From the NCBI GenBank assembly GCA_963722275.1, contig CAVRMX010000040.1:50-64049 (forward strand): 64,000 nucleotides of DNA. The letters run 5' to 3'. This document shows positions 50,005-58,556 of this stretch, piece after piece; within the stretch, counting starts at the first letter, position 1, and each line of letters begins with the position of its first letter. The translations under genes were made by a program, and so were the position numbers. The notes beneath the pieces were generated by a model that saw nothing but the letters and a program-made list of their open reading frames with translations, was not told where the DNA came from and ran no database searches. This DNA is from an uncultured Actinomycetes bacterium (GTDB lineage Bacteria > Actinomycetota > Actinomycetes > Streptosporangiales > Streptosporangiaceae).

Positions 50005-50746
50005 ATCCGCGGCTGCAAGCCACCTGGGCGGCCGCCAATGGGACGCGGTGATCGAGGTTTCCTGGCAGCCCGGCCTCGTCCGCGGTGCCCTGGCCGCCCT
50101 GGGCGAGCGGGCGGCGCACTGGACGTACGTCTCCTCGGGCAGCGTCTACGCGTCCCACGCGGCCATCGGCGCCGACGAGTCCGCGCCGCTGCTCGCCCCG
50201 GACGACCGCGACGAGGCGGATGCCGAGCGGTACGGCGAGGCGAAGGTGGCGTGCGAGCAGGCATCGGCCGCGGCCGCCGGCGACCGCCTGCTGATCGCGC
50301 GCGCCGGGCTGATCGGCGGCCCGGGCGATCACACCGGCCGATCCGGCTACTGGGCCGCGCGCGCGGCGCGCGACCCGCGCGGGCCGATGCTCGTGCGGCC
50401 GTCCCGGACATGCCGACGCAGGTGGTGGACGTCCGCGATTGCCTGGATGCGCGCAGGCCGGGGCGGGCACACCGGGCCGGTCGGCGGAGCGTGGCTGCTC
50501 GGCCAGGCGTCGCGAGTACTGGGCCCGGAATCGCTGCCGATGTGGGTGGCCGAACCGGGCTGGGAGGGCTTTTCCGCGCGCAGCGGCCAGGCCGCGGCGG
50601 CCGCCGGACTGCGGCACCGGCCGCGATCCGAGCTCCAGGCCGACGTGCTGGGGTGGGAACGCGCGCAGGGACTTGACCGGCCGCGACCGGCGGGCCTGAG
50701 CGCGGGACGCGAACGCGAGCTGCTAGCCGCGCTCGGTACGGCTTAA
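50005..50746 (+). pseudogene. remnant of an NAD-dependent epimerase/dehydratase-family gene (N-terminal Rossmann part missing, at least 3 frame breaks)
   Basis: HLGGRQW | [20 protein letters not shown]...YVSSGSVYA. The frame shifts at the GGGG run 50039-42. The [12 protein letters not shown] segment lies in a second frame (about 50400-50445). The C-terminal part (...[22 protein letters not shown]) is back in the 50048 frame. No GxxGxxG region is present. Confidence 0.6.
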
Positions 50747-50762
50747 GCCGCGCGCCGCGCTC

Positions 50763-50807
50763 GTCAGCATATGTTGACGAGATGCTGGTGTCAGCATATG
50801 CTGACAC
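50763..50807 (+). promoter_or_regulatory. promoter with two palindromic operators for HTH/Clp_N module 1
   Basis: gtcagcatatgttgac (50763-78) contains the -35 TTGACG (50774-79). The 20-bp perfect palindrome gtgtcagcatatgctgacac (50788-807) contains the -10 TATGCT (50797-802). The -35/-10 spacer is 17 nt. The ATG 50810 lies 7 nt after the -10, implying a leaderless transcript. Confidence 0.6.
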
Positions 50808-50809
50808 AC

Positions 50810-51031
50810 ATGGAACCAGTACTTGAAATCGCCGAGGGCGCCACCAGCAACGACCCCGATGTCGGGCTACGCGCGGTGGCGGCCCTGCGCGCGCTGGCCG
50901 AGCGGCTGGAGGTGCTGCAGGTGCAGACCGCACGCGAGCTCGGCTGGTCGTGGCAGGACATCGCGGAACGCCTCGGCGTGACCAAGCAGACCGTGCACCG
51001 CAAGTACGGCCGGCGGATCGGGAGGCGATGA
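50810..51031 (+). CDS. small helix-turn-helix protein (sigma-70 region-4-like), module 1
   Basis: Translation MEPVLEIAEG...GLRAVAALRALAERLEVLQVQTARELGWSWQDIAERLGVTKQTVHRKYGRR. Paralogue of 56901..57140. The track start 50771 lies inside the operator. Confidence 0.7.
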   Translation: MEPVLEIAEGATSNDPDVGLRAVAALRALAERLEVLQVQTARELGWSWQDIAERLGVTKQTVHRKYGRRIGRR

Positions 51032-51741
51032 TGTTCGAGCGCTTCAGCCAGGACGCTCGCACCGTTGTCAGGCAAGCCGTCGAGCACGCCCGTCGGCTCG
51101 GCCACCGCTACGTGGGCGGCGAGCACATCCTGCTCGCCGCCGTGTCCACCAGCCAGCCGGCCAGCGCGGTCATGCGGGCGCACGGCGTCACGCCGGAGCT
51201 GGTCGAGGAGGAGATAGTCCGCCGGGTCGGGCTGGGCGCCGGAGCAGGCCTGTTCGGCGGCCTGGACCGGGACGCGCTGGCCACGATCGGGATCGACCTG
51301 GATGCGGTGCGGGCCAGGATCGAGGCGTCCTTCGGCCCGCAGGCGCTCAGCAACGCCGCCCAGGCGGCGTACCGGGGCCGGCGCAGCCGCCCGGGCCCGC
51401 GGCCGCCCCGGATCGTGCGCAACTGGCGGCGCAGGCGCCGGGCCCGGCGGGCCATGGCACACGCGCCCGGTCCCCGGCCTCCCGCGGCCGCCGGCCGCTA
51501 CCGCGCGGCCGGCCCGCCGCCCGGCGGGCATATCCCGTTCACCCCGGCCGCCAAGAAGATCCTCGAGCTCACCCTGCGCGAGTCGCTCGCCATGAACGAC
51601 TCGCACATCGGCGTCGAGCACATCGCGCTCGCCCTCACCACGGTCGCGAGCGGGCTGGTGCCCCCCATCGTGTCGGCGGCGGGCGCGACGGCACCGGGGC
51701 TGCGCGCCGCCATCCTCGACCGGTACCGGCAGGCGAGCTGA
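51031..51741 (+). CDS. Clp amino-terminal (Clp_N repeat) domain protein, module 1
   Basis: MFERFSQDARTVVRQAVEHARRLGHRYVGGEHILLA..., with a second repeat FTPAAKKILELTLRESLAMNDSHIGVEHIALAL. The two repeats are separated by an Arg-rich insert. GGGAGG lies 5 nt upstream, and the start is coupled to the HTH stop. Confidence 0.8.
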   Translation: MFERFSQDARTVVRQAVEHARRLGHRYVGGEHILLAAVSTSQPASAVMRAHGVTPELVEEEIVRRVGLGAGAGLFGGLDRDALATIGIDLDAVRARIEASFGPQALSNAAQAAYRGRRSRPGPRPPRIVRNWRRRRRARRAMAHAPGPRPPAAAGRYRAAGPPPGGHIPFTPAAKKILELTLRESLAMNDSHIGVEHIALALTTVASGLVPPIVSAAGATAPGLRAAILDRYRQAS

Positions 51742-51889
51742 CCCGGGAACCGCTCACGGACCGCGATACAGGCTGGTGAGCAGCCCGACATCGCGCCGCC
51801 AATGGTCGGGGGCCACGGACATGCCGGCACAGGTCTTCATGTCGAAGGGCATCATGCTCCTGGCCCGGACACCGCCGACGACGGCCGTG

Positions 51890-52873
51890 TTAGTGGGCGC
51901 GGCCACCGTCGGTAATCCCGTTCCCGGACGAGCAGGTCCTGGTCGTCCTGTTCATTTGCGTCGAGTTCCGGTCCGCCCGAACGGTGAGGGCCACGGCCGT
52001 GCCGATGAGGGCCGCGCCCGCCATCCCGGCCGCGCTCAGCCGCTCGCCGAGCAGCAGGGCCGCGAGGATGGCGCCGGTCAGCGGCTCGAGCAGGGCCAGC
52101 AGGGCGGCCGTGCCGGCGGCGGCCGAGCGCAGGCCGCGGAAGAACAGCGTGTAGGCCACGGCGGTCGGGCCGGTGCCCAGCGCGACCAGCAGGCCGATGG
52201 CCGCGGGGCCAGGCCTGAAGCCGATGCCCCCCGCCAGCTGCGCCAGCGGCAGCAGCGCCAGGCCGCCGATGGTGAAGCCGAAGCCGGTCACGGTGAGGTC
52301 GTCGAGTCCGGGCACCGGGCGGGAGCCGGTCAGGGTGACCGCGGCGAAGCCCGCCGCGGCCAGCACGGCCATGCCCGCGCTGGCCAGGACCGCGGTTTCG
52401 GGGAATCCGGACGGCAGGCCCACGAGCAAGCCGAGGCCGGTGACCGCCAGGCCGGTGGTCGCGACCGCGGACCGGCCGACCTGCCGCCCGGCCAGCCGGT
52501 CGGCGCCCAGCACGATGACCGGGGCGGCACCGATCGCGACCAGAGTGGCCAGCGGCACCGAGGTCAGCGACACGGCCGTGAAGTAGCAGCTCTGGTAGAA
52601 CGCGGCCAGCAGGCCGATGACGGTGATCCGGGTCCAGGCCGCCCGGCCCGTCGGCCAGGGCCTGCGGGTCACGATGAGAAGGGCGACGATCAGCACGCCG
52701 CCGGCGGTAAGCCGGCAGGCGGCGACGGCAATCGCCGACAGGCCGGCCACCCGGCCGAGCAGGCTGCCGGTGAGGCCGCCCGTCCCCCACAGCAAGCCGG
52801 ATATCACTAGGCAGAGAAGGCCAGTACCGGGCCGGCGGCGGGCGGCCGCGGACCCCGTGGTGAACGCACGCAT
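51890..52873 (-). CDS. EamA/DMT-family transporter
   Basis: Start taken at MRAFTTGSAAARRR... (52873). Two homologous halves of about five hydrophobic helices each, typical of EamA. Confidence 0.75.
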   Translation of the reverse strand: MRAFTTGSAAARRRPGTGLLCLVISGLLWGTGGLTGSLLGRVAGLSAIAVAACRLTAGGVLIVALLIVTRRPWPTGRAAWTRITVIGLLAAFYQSCYFTAVSLTSVPLATLVAIGAAPVIVLGADRLAGRQVGRSAVATTGLAVTGLGLLVGLPSGFPETAVLASAGMAVLAAAGFAAVTLTGSRPVPGLDDLTVTGFGFTIGGLALLPLAQLAGGIGFRPGPAAIGLLVALGTGPTAVAYTLFFRGLRSAAAGTAALLALLEPLTGAILAALLLGERLSAAGMAGAALIGTAVALTVRADRNSTQMNRTTRTCSSGNGITDGGRAH

Positions 52874-53400
52874 CGGGAAACGCTCCTGCGACGAGAAGGG
52901 AATGGTCGCGGAAGCGGGGCGCACCGAAATCACCCAGGCGGCAGCACAAGATGGGTGCTCGCCGGGCAGGGGGAGCGCGTCAGCTCAGCCCACGGTGCTC
53001 AGCCGGCCGTACTCGATGGCTGGCTCTGTACTCGACGCACCGGGCCCGACGCGCGGACTATCGCCCCGCTAGGAGCGGGGCGGCGGGGTGATGGGGAAAC
53101 ACCGGTGCATGACGATCATGCTACCCGGGCGTGAGCCGGGCGCGCGAACGAGTTCTGGTCACTCCCCGCCCGGAGCCGGATCCGGCGCGGGCGGGCACCG
53201 GCCAGCGGCTGCCGGCTGCCGAGACGCCGGGACAGCAGGTCAAGGGGGCCGCCGCCTTCCAGCCCGAGCAGCTCCCAGGACCGCGCGATGCCGATGCCGA
53301 ACAGGAGGTACAGGAACGTCACGCTCATGCTGTCCAGGCTGCTCTGCGTGCGGAGCAGGATCCCGCTGCACCGGGCGGGCCAGCGTAGGATCACCGTGAC

Positions 53401-53933
53401 ATGCTGCTGACGTTCGGGCACGGGACCGCCACGGCCGAGCGGATGACCGAACTGCTCCGGGGGCCGGCGTGGCCGTGCTCATCGACGTCAGGACGGCTCC
53501 CGGCAGCCGCCGTCATCCGCACGTGGTGCGCGCCGAGCTGGAACGCTGGCTGCCCGAAGCCGGAATCTTCTACCGCTGGGACAAGCGGCTCGGCGGCTTC
53601 AGGAAGGCCGCCCCTGACTCACCGGACACCGCCTGGCGTGAGGACATGTTCCGGGGTTACGCCGCGCACATGCGGACGGACGGCTTCCTGGCCGCGGCGG
53701 ACGAGGCGCTCGCCCAGGCTCGCATCGAGCCGACGGTGGTGATGTGCGCCGAGAGCCTGTGGTGGCGCTGCCACCGCCGGCTGCTCGCCGACTTCGTGGT
53801 GGCGGCACGCGGCGTGCCGGTCCGGCATCTCCTGCACGACGGGCGGCTCGAGGAGCATCGTCTCTCCCCAGGGCTGCGGCGGCGCGACGACGGCCTGCTC
53901 GTCTACGACGCGGGCCAGCCGACCCTGCTCTGA
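53401..53933 (+). pseudogene. DUF488-family protein; frame break in the G5 run 53459-53463
   Basis: MLLTFGHGTATAERMTELLRG is in the 53401 frame. It continues as AGVAVLIDVRTAPGSRRHPHV...VMCAESLWWRCHRRLLADF in the 53469 frame. One additional G would restore the frame. Confidence 0.7.
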
Positions 53934-53946
53934 GCGAGCCGGCGGG

Positions 53947-54708
53947 TCAGCCCAGGTACCTGCCGAAGCCGCTGGTCTGCCAGGTCGCGCCGGCCGCGGT
54001 GACGGCGAACGCCTCGTAGCCGTCCAGGCCCTCTACCCACTCGCAGGCGGCGGATCCCATCGCGAACGCCGCCGTGGCGTAGGCGTCCGTCTCGGCCAGC
54101 CGTGCCCCGACCACCGTGACGCTGGCCAGGCCGGCCGGGGGCTGCCCGGTGTAAGGGTCGATGATATGAGCCCCTCGCTCGGCGACGCCCGACGTGGCCA
54201 CGGCGAAGTCCCGGCCAGCTACCACGAGCGCCAGCCTGCCCGGGTGCAGCGGGTCGGCGATTCCTACCCGCCACACCCGGTCGCCGGTGCACTGGATGTC
54301 GCCGCCGCCGTTGACGCTGTGCTCGGCCGAGCCCGCCGCGGTGAGGATGGCGGCCGCCCGCTCGATCGCCCATCCCTTCACGTACCCGGAGGGGTCGAAC
54401 GTGCCGCCGGGCGTGGTGGTGAAGTACCCGCCGCTCTGCGCGCTGATGGCCGCGCACGCCTCGAGCACCTCGGCGAGTTCGGGCGCGCAGTCCGTCAGCG
54501 GCACCGAACCGCGGCCGAACCGGGCGACGTCGCTGTCGTCCCGGTACGGCGAGAAGGTGGCGTCCACCCAGTGCAGCCAGCGCACCGCCTGGCCGAGAGA
54601 TCCGTCACCGTGCGGCTCCCCGGCGCGGGCGGGCACGTCGAAGGAGACGACCGTGCCCATCACGTGCTCGGCGTGCCTGCGCCGCCCGGGCGCCCCGCCG
54701 TCCGTCAT
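53947..54708 (-). CDS. apbE: FAD:protein FMN transferase (ApbE family)
   Basis: 253 aa. MGTVVSFDV...FSPYRDDSDV...DPSGYVKGWAIERAA...VATSG..ERG.HIIDP is the ApbE pattern. Confidence 0.85.
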   Translation of the reverse strand: MTDGGAPGRRRHAEHVMGTVVSFDVPARAGEPHGDGSLGQAVRWLHWVDATFSPYRDDSDVARFGRGSVPLTDCAPELAEVLEACAAISAQSGGYFTTTPGGTFDPSGYVKGWAIERAAAILTAAGSAEHSVNGGGDIQCTGDRVWRVGIADPLHPGRLALVVAGRDFAVATSGVAERGAHIIDPYTGQPPAGLASVTVVGARLAETDAYATAAFAMGSAACEWVEGLDGYEAFAVTAAGATWQTSGFGRYLG

Positions 54709-54714
54709 GCGGGC

Positions 54715-55203
54715 TCAGCCGCGCTTGTCCAGTGCGCTCTGCAGCGACTGGATGTAGCCGCCGCTGGTGTAGGTGGCGCCGGACACCGCGTCGATCTTGC
54801 CATTCTGCGACGTCAGCGTCTCGCTGATCAGCTTGGGGAAAGCCATCGCGCCGATCTGGATGTCGTGGAGGGTGTTGGCCGGCTGCACCAGGACCGCGAC
54901 CTTGACGATCTTGCTGTTCCGCTCGATCAGCTGGATCTGCACCGGCCCGTAGGCGGTGTTGGCCGCCTTCCCGTCGACCGCGGTCTCGCCCGCGGGCAGG
55001 TTCTTGGCCAGCGACCCCTGCGGGAATTCTCCGGGCACGGTCGTAGTCTGGCCGCCCGACGAGGAAGAGGAGGACGACGACGAGCTGCCGCCCGACCCGC
55101 CGGTCGTGGCCGCCACCGGGACGGACGGGACGTGCGACTTGAACGACAGCAGGGCCACCAGGCCGGCGATGGTGCCGGTGACGGCCAGGATAACCCGGCG
55201 CAT
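54715..55203 (-). CDS. secreted/membrane-anchored FMN-binding domain protein
   Basis: N-terminal TM/signal segment, a Ser/Gly linker, and an FMN_bind motif with the flavinylation site SGATYTSGGY. Confidence 0.8.
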   Translation of the reverse strand: MRRVILAVTGTIAGLVALLSFKSHVPSVPVAATTGGSGGSSSSSSSSSSGGQTTTVPGEFPQGSLAKNLPAGETAVDGKAANTAYGPVQIQLIERNSKIVKVAVLVQPANTLHDIQIGAMAFPKLISETLTSQNGKIDAVSGATYTSGGYIQSLQSALDKRG

Positions 55204-55220
55204 TTCGCCGATCCTCTCCC

Positions 55221-56675
55221 TCAGAACTCGAACGACTCGACGTGGATGGACTGCCCGGGCACCCCGGCGGCGCGCAGCGCGCGGACCGCGGAGGCGGTCA
55301 TGCCGGCCGGCCCGCAGACGTAGGCGTCCTGCTGGTCCAGGCCGGGCACCAGCGACCGCAGCACCCGGGGAGACAGCGGGTCGCCGCCGATCTCGGCCCG
55401 GGAGCCGACCAGGTAGTGCACGGTCGCGCCGCGCGCGGCCGCGATGGCGTCCAGCTCGTCGCGGAACACGAGGTCCCGCTCGCTGCTGGCGCGGTAGATC
55501 AAGGTGACGTGCCCGGGCAGCGTCGCGAAGATGGCCCGCAGCGGGGTGATGCCGACCCCGCCGGCCAGCAGCAGCACCCCGCGGCCGGAATCGGCGGGGG
55601 TGAACGCGCCGTAGGGACCCTCGGCGAAGACGCGGGTCCCCGGCTGGAGCCGCGCCAGCGCCTGGCTGTGGTCACCCAGGTTCTTCACGGTGATCCGCAG
55701 CACGTCGGACCCCGGCGCGGCGGAGAGCGAGAACGGGTGCGAGGACCACCACAGCGATCTGGTCAGGAACCGCCAGCGGAAGAACTGCCCGGGCTCGGCG
55801 TCCAGCTCGTCGAACCGCCCGCCGCCGATGTAGATCGAGATGACTCCCGGCGCCTCCGCCTTCACCCCGAGAACCTCGAAGCGGTGCCTGCGGTACGCGA
55901 GCAGCGGGACCGCGACGCGGTACCACAGCACCAGGACCAGCACCGTCAGGTACATCGCGGACCACCAGAACCGCGCGGCCAGATTGCTGACGAACGCAGC
56001 GCCATCGGCCAGCTGGTGGCTGAACGCCAGGGCGATCGCGAGGTAGGTGTACAGGTGCAGGAAATACCACGTCTCGTAGCGGACCCGGCGCCGGGCGGCG
56101 CGCATCGAGACGATGCCGATGCCGAGCAGCAGGAAACCGGCCACGGTCGCCATCAGCACGTCCGGATACTGAGTGAGCAGCGTCGCGGTCTCGCTCACCA
56201 CGCTGGCGTGCGCGGTGACCGCGTAGCCCCACACGATGAGCAGGCCGTGCGCGACCACCAGGCTGACGATGTACCGCCCGCCCATAGCGTGCCAGCGAGC
56301 TAGCTTGTCGCTGCCCAGGCCTCGCTCGAGCGGCGGCAGCCGCGACATCAGCGCGACCAGGACCACCACGCCGTACCCGCACAGCAGGCCTAGGACCTCG
56401 CCCGCGCCGGTCAGCCAGCCGCCGAGCCCGTGGACGCCGGGCGTGCTGTGCCACCACAGGGCGACGACCACCAGCGCGCCCGCGATGATGACCGCGAGCG
56501 CGCCGCGCGCGCCGACACGGGCCGGACGGCTCCCGGGCCGCACGGGCGCCGGTCTCGCCTGCGGACGGCGGGACGGACCCGGACGGGGCGACGGCGCCTG
56601 CCGTGGCCCGGGGTACGTCTCCGCACCGGCATGGCGAGCCGGGCCAGATCGCCTGGCAACGCTGGTCACCCGCAC
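55221..56675 (-). CDS. ferric-reductase-like transmembrane protein fused to an FAD/NAD(P)-binding reductase domain
   Basis: N-terminal heme-type 6-TM region with conserved His residues, then an FNR-like domain (RWRF...HPFSLS, LLAGGVGITP, YVCGP). Confidence 0.8.
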   Translation of the reverse strand: MRVTSVARRSGPARHAGAETYPGPRQAPSPRPGPSRRPQARPAPVRPGSRPARVGARGALAVIIAGALVVVALWWHSTPGVHGLGGWLTGAGEVLGLLCGYGVVVLVALMSRLPPLERGLGSDKLARWHAMGGRYIVSLVVAHGLLIVWGYAVTAHASVVSETATLLTQYPDVLMATVAGFLLLGIGIVSMRAARRRVRYETWYFLHLYTYLAIALAFSHQLADGAAFVSNLAARFWWSAMYLTVLVLVLWYRVAVPLLAYRRHRFEVLGVKAEAPGVISIYIGGGRFDELDAEPGQFFRWRFLTRSLWWSSHPFSLSAAPGSDVLRITVKNLGDHSQALARLQPGTRVFAEGPYGAFTPADSGRGVLLLAGGVGITPLRAIFATLPGHVTLIYRASSERDLVFRDELDAIAAARGATVHYLVGSRAEIGGDPLSPRVLRSLVPGLDQQDAYVCGPAGMTASAVRALRAAGVPGQSIHVESFEF

Positions 56676-56853
56676 CTCCCGTTAGGACTGCCTAGCTGGA
56701 ATCGTATGCTCAGCCGAGCAGGGTGGTCCCGTTCTGGATCCCGACGGGCACGGTCAGACCCGGCCCTCCTCCCCTAGTTATGACTACGTAGCGCGATCTT
56801 GCACGGTTCAGCCAGCTCTCGTAAGCGCTTCGTAATCGGGCCAGCCGCCCCGC

Positions 56854-56897
56854 TGTCAACTCAGGTTGACACCGGGCGGTTGTCAACGTAAATTGAC
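56854..56897 (+). promoter_or_regulatory. promoter with two palindromic operators for HTH/Clp_N module 2
   Basis: tgtcaactcaggttgaca (56854-71) contains the -35 TTGACA (56866-71). gtcaacgtaaattgac (56882-97) contains the -10 TAAATT (56889-94). The -35/-10 spacer is 17 nt. The ATG 56901 lies 6 nt after the -10. Operator centres are 27 bp apart, as in module 1. Confidence 0.6.
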
Positions 56898-56900
56898 GCC

Positions 56901-57140
56901 ATGGACAACGCACCCGCCCTGGCGGCCGCGGCCGACAGCTCAGACCCGCGCACCGGGCTCCGGGCCGTCGCCGCCCTCCGCAGGCTGCTGGAGCAGCTCG
57001 AGGCGCTCCAGGTGGACAACGCACGGCAACATGGCTGGTCCTGGCAGGAGATCGCGGCGATCCTCGGCGTGTCCAGGCAGGCCGTCCACAAGAAGCACGC
57101 CCGCCGGGCGGACGGCAGCCGTCCCGCCCGCGTTCGCTGA
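56901..57140 (+). CDS. small helix-turn-helix protein (sigma-70 region-4-like), module 2
   Basis: Translation ...DPRTGLRAVAALRRLLEQLEALQVDNARQHGWSWQEIAAILGVSRQAVHKKHARR. Paralogue of 50810..51031. Confidence 0.7.
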   Translation: MDNAPALAAAADSSDPRTGLRAVAALRRLLEQLEALQVDNARQHGWSWQEIAAILGVSRQAVHKKHARRADGSRPARVR

Positions 57141-57158
57141 CCTGAGGGGATACCGACG

Positions 57159-57752
57159 ATGTTCGAGCGATTCACCGGCAAGGCCAGGACCGTGGTGATC
57201 CTGGCCAGGGCCAAGGCCGCCGAGCGCGGCGACCAGATCCGCCCGGTGTACATGCTGCACGCGCTGGCGTCCGGAGACGGCGTGGCCGCCCGGGCGCTGG
57301 GCGGCCTGGGCATCGACCCGGACGCGGTCGAGCGCCAGCTGGACCGAACCGCGCCGCTGGGCAATCCGCTCGGCGCCGGAACGGCCAGCGGCGACGCCGA
57401 GGCACTGGCCGCGATCGGCATCGACCTTGATGAGATCAAGCGCAAGGTCGAGGAGGGCTTCGGGCCCGGCGCGCTCGAGCGGGCGCCGCTGACCTCACAG
57501 GACCCGCTGAACTGGACCGGGCGGATATCGCTGACCCGGGAGGCGAAGCAGTCGCTGGGGCTCGCCCTCAAGGAAGCCCGGGCCCTGCACCACAGTTACA
57601 TCGGCACCGAGCACCTGCTGCTCGGCCTGCTCGGCGCGGCTGAGCGCAACCCGCGCGGGGACTTTACCCCAGACACCCTCCGCGACCTGGGCATCGATCC
57701 CGTCCAGGCACGGCAGCGCGTCCTCGACGAGCTGCGGCACGCCTCCGCGTAG
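57159..57752 (+). CDS. Clp amino-terminal (Clp_N repeat) domain protein, module 2
   Basis: MFERFTGKARTVVILARAKAAERGDQIRPVYMLHAL..., with a second repeat LTREAKQSLGLALKEARALHHSYIGTEHLLLGLL. Confidence 0.8.
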   Translation: MFERFTGKARTVVILARAKAAERGDQIRPVYMLHALASGDGVAARALGGLGIDPDAVERQLDRTAPLGNPLGAGTASGDAEALAAIGIDLDEIKRKVEEGFGPGALERAPLTSQDPLNWTGRISLTREAKQSLGLALKEARALHHSYIGTEHLLLGLLGAAERNPRGDFTPDTLRDLGIDPVQARQRVLDELRHASA

Positions 57753-57837
57753 CCTGCCCCTGCGGACATACTTACGTTCTAGTTAGATCTTACTAACCGT
57801 TAGGACAGGACACACTGACCTTACGGAGAGTATCTAG

Positions 57838-58380
57838 ATGAATACACAGAGCCATAACCTGTCATTGGGGATATCACGGATAGGATATGGTCAAATGCTC
57901 AGAGTAAGCGACGTTTGGGAGAGAGCGCTCCACACACCCGCCACGGCCGTCGCCAGACCAGGAGACGTCATCGTCATCCGCTCCGGCGGCGGCTATGACG
58001 GCAAGCAGGGCATGAGCCTGGCTACCGGCGTGAGCAGCCGGTCCGCGGGCGCCCAGGCCCTGTGCCTGCACCTGGTGACGATTCCTCCCGGGACCCGCGG
58101 CGTGCCGCACGTCCACAGCGGGCACGAGTCCGCCATCTACACGGTCAGCGGAGAAACCGAGGTGTGGCACGGCGAGGGCCTGCTGCAGCGCACCGTGGTC
58201 CAGGCCGGCGACTTCATGTACGTACCGCCGGGCACCCCGCATCTCCCGGTGAACCGCAGCGACGTGATGACGGTGGCCGTGGTCGCCCGTACCGACCCCC
58301 AGGAGCAGGAGAGCGTGGTTACCATGAGCCTGCCTCCGCACCTCGCTGACCTGGAAGCCTTCCCCGTCGCCAGCCAGTAA
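57838..58380 (+). CDS. cupin-domain protein
   Basis: Cupin motifs GVPHVHSGHESAIYTVSGE and GDFMYVPPGTPHLPVN. The 5' region (57765-57910) has unusually low GC, so the start could instead be the in-frame ATG at 57895. Confidence 0.7.
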   Translation: MNTQSHNLSLGISRIGYGQMLRVSDVWERALHTPATAVARPGDVIVIRSGGGYDGKQGMSLATGVSSRSAGAQALCLHLVTIPPGTRGVPHVHSGHESAIYTVSGETEVWHGEGLLQRTVVQAGDFMYVPPGTPHLPVNRSDVMTVAVVARTDPQEQESVVTMSLPPHLADLEAFPVASQ

Positions 58381-58556
58381 CCGCCGTTCCCGCGAGCCAA
58401 AGGACCGCGGCAACGCCTGGTGTCGAGCAAGGCGCTGACGAAGCGCTGGGGCGGGCGGGAAGAAGTCGCGAGCTGCCGCTCACCCCCGCGCTCACGGGTC
58501 CCGTGATACCAGGCGGACCGGACTTACCCCAGTTACCTGACCAGCGCTCCAGCGCT

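Noticed and set aside
49883-50617. Upstream 245 codons of the 713-aa track ORF 48476..50617(-).
   Set aside because: This part is an Arg/Pro/Ala-rich translation antisense to the epimerase remnant. A GTG with a good Shine-Dalgarno at 49882 starts the conserved-looking N-terminal domain.
53116-53421. ORF 53116..53421(-) (…SVTFLYLLFGIGIARSWELLGLEGGGP…) as a small membrane-protein gene or gene fragment between the EamA and DUF488 genes.
   Set aside because: It has a single hydrophobic stretch, no recognisable family, no convincing ribosome-binding site, and it overlaps the DUF488 start. It could be a remnant, but the evidence is insufficient.
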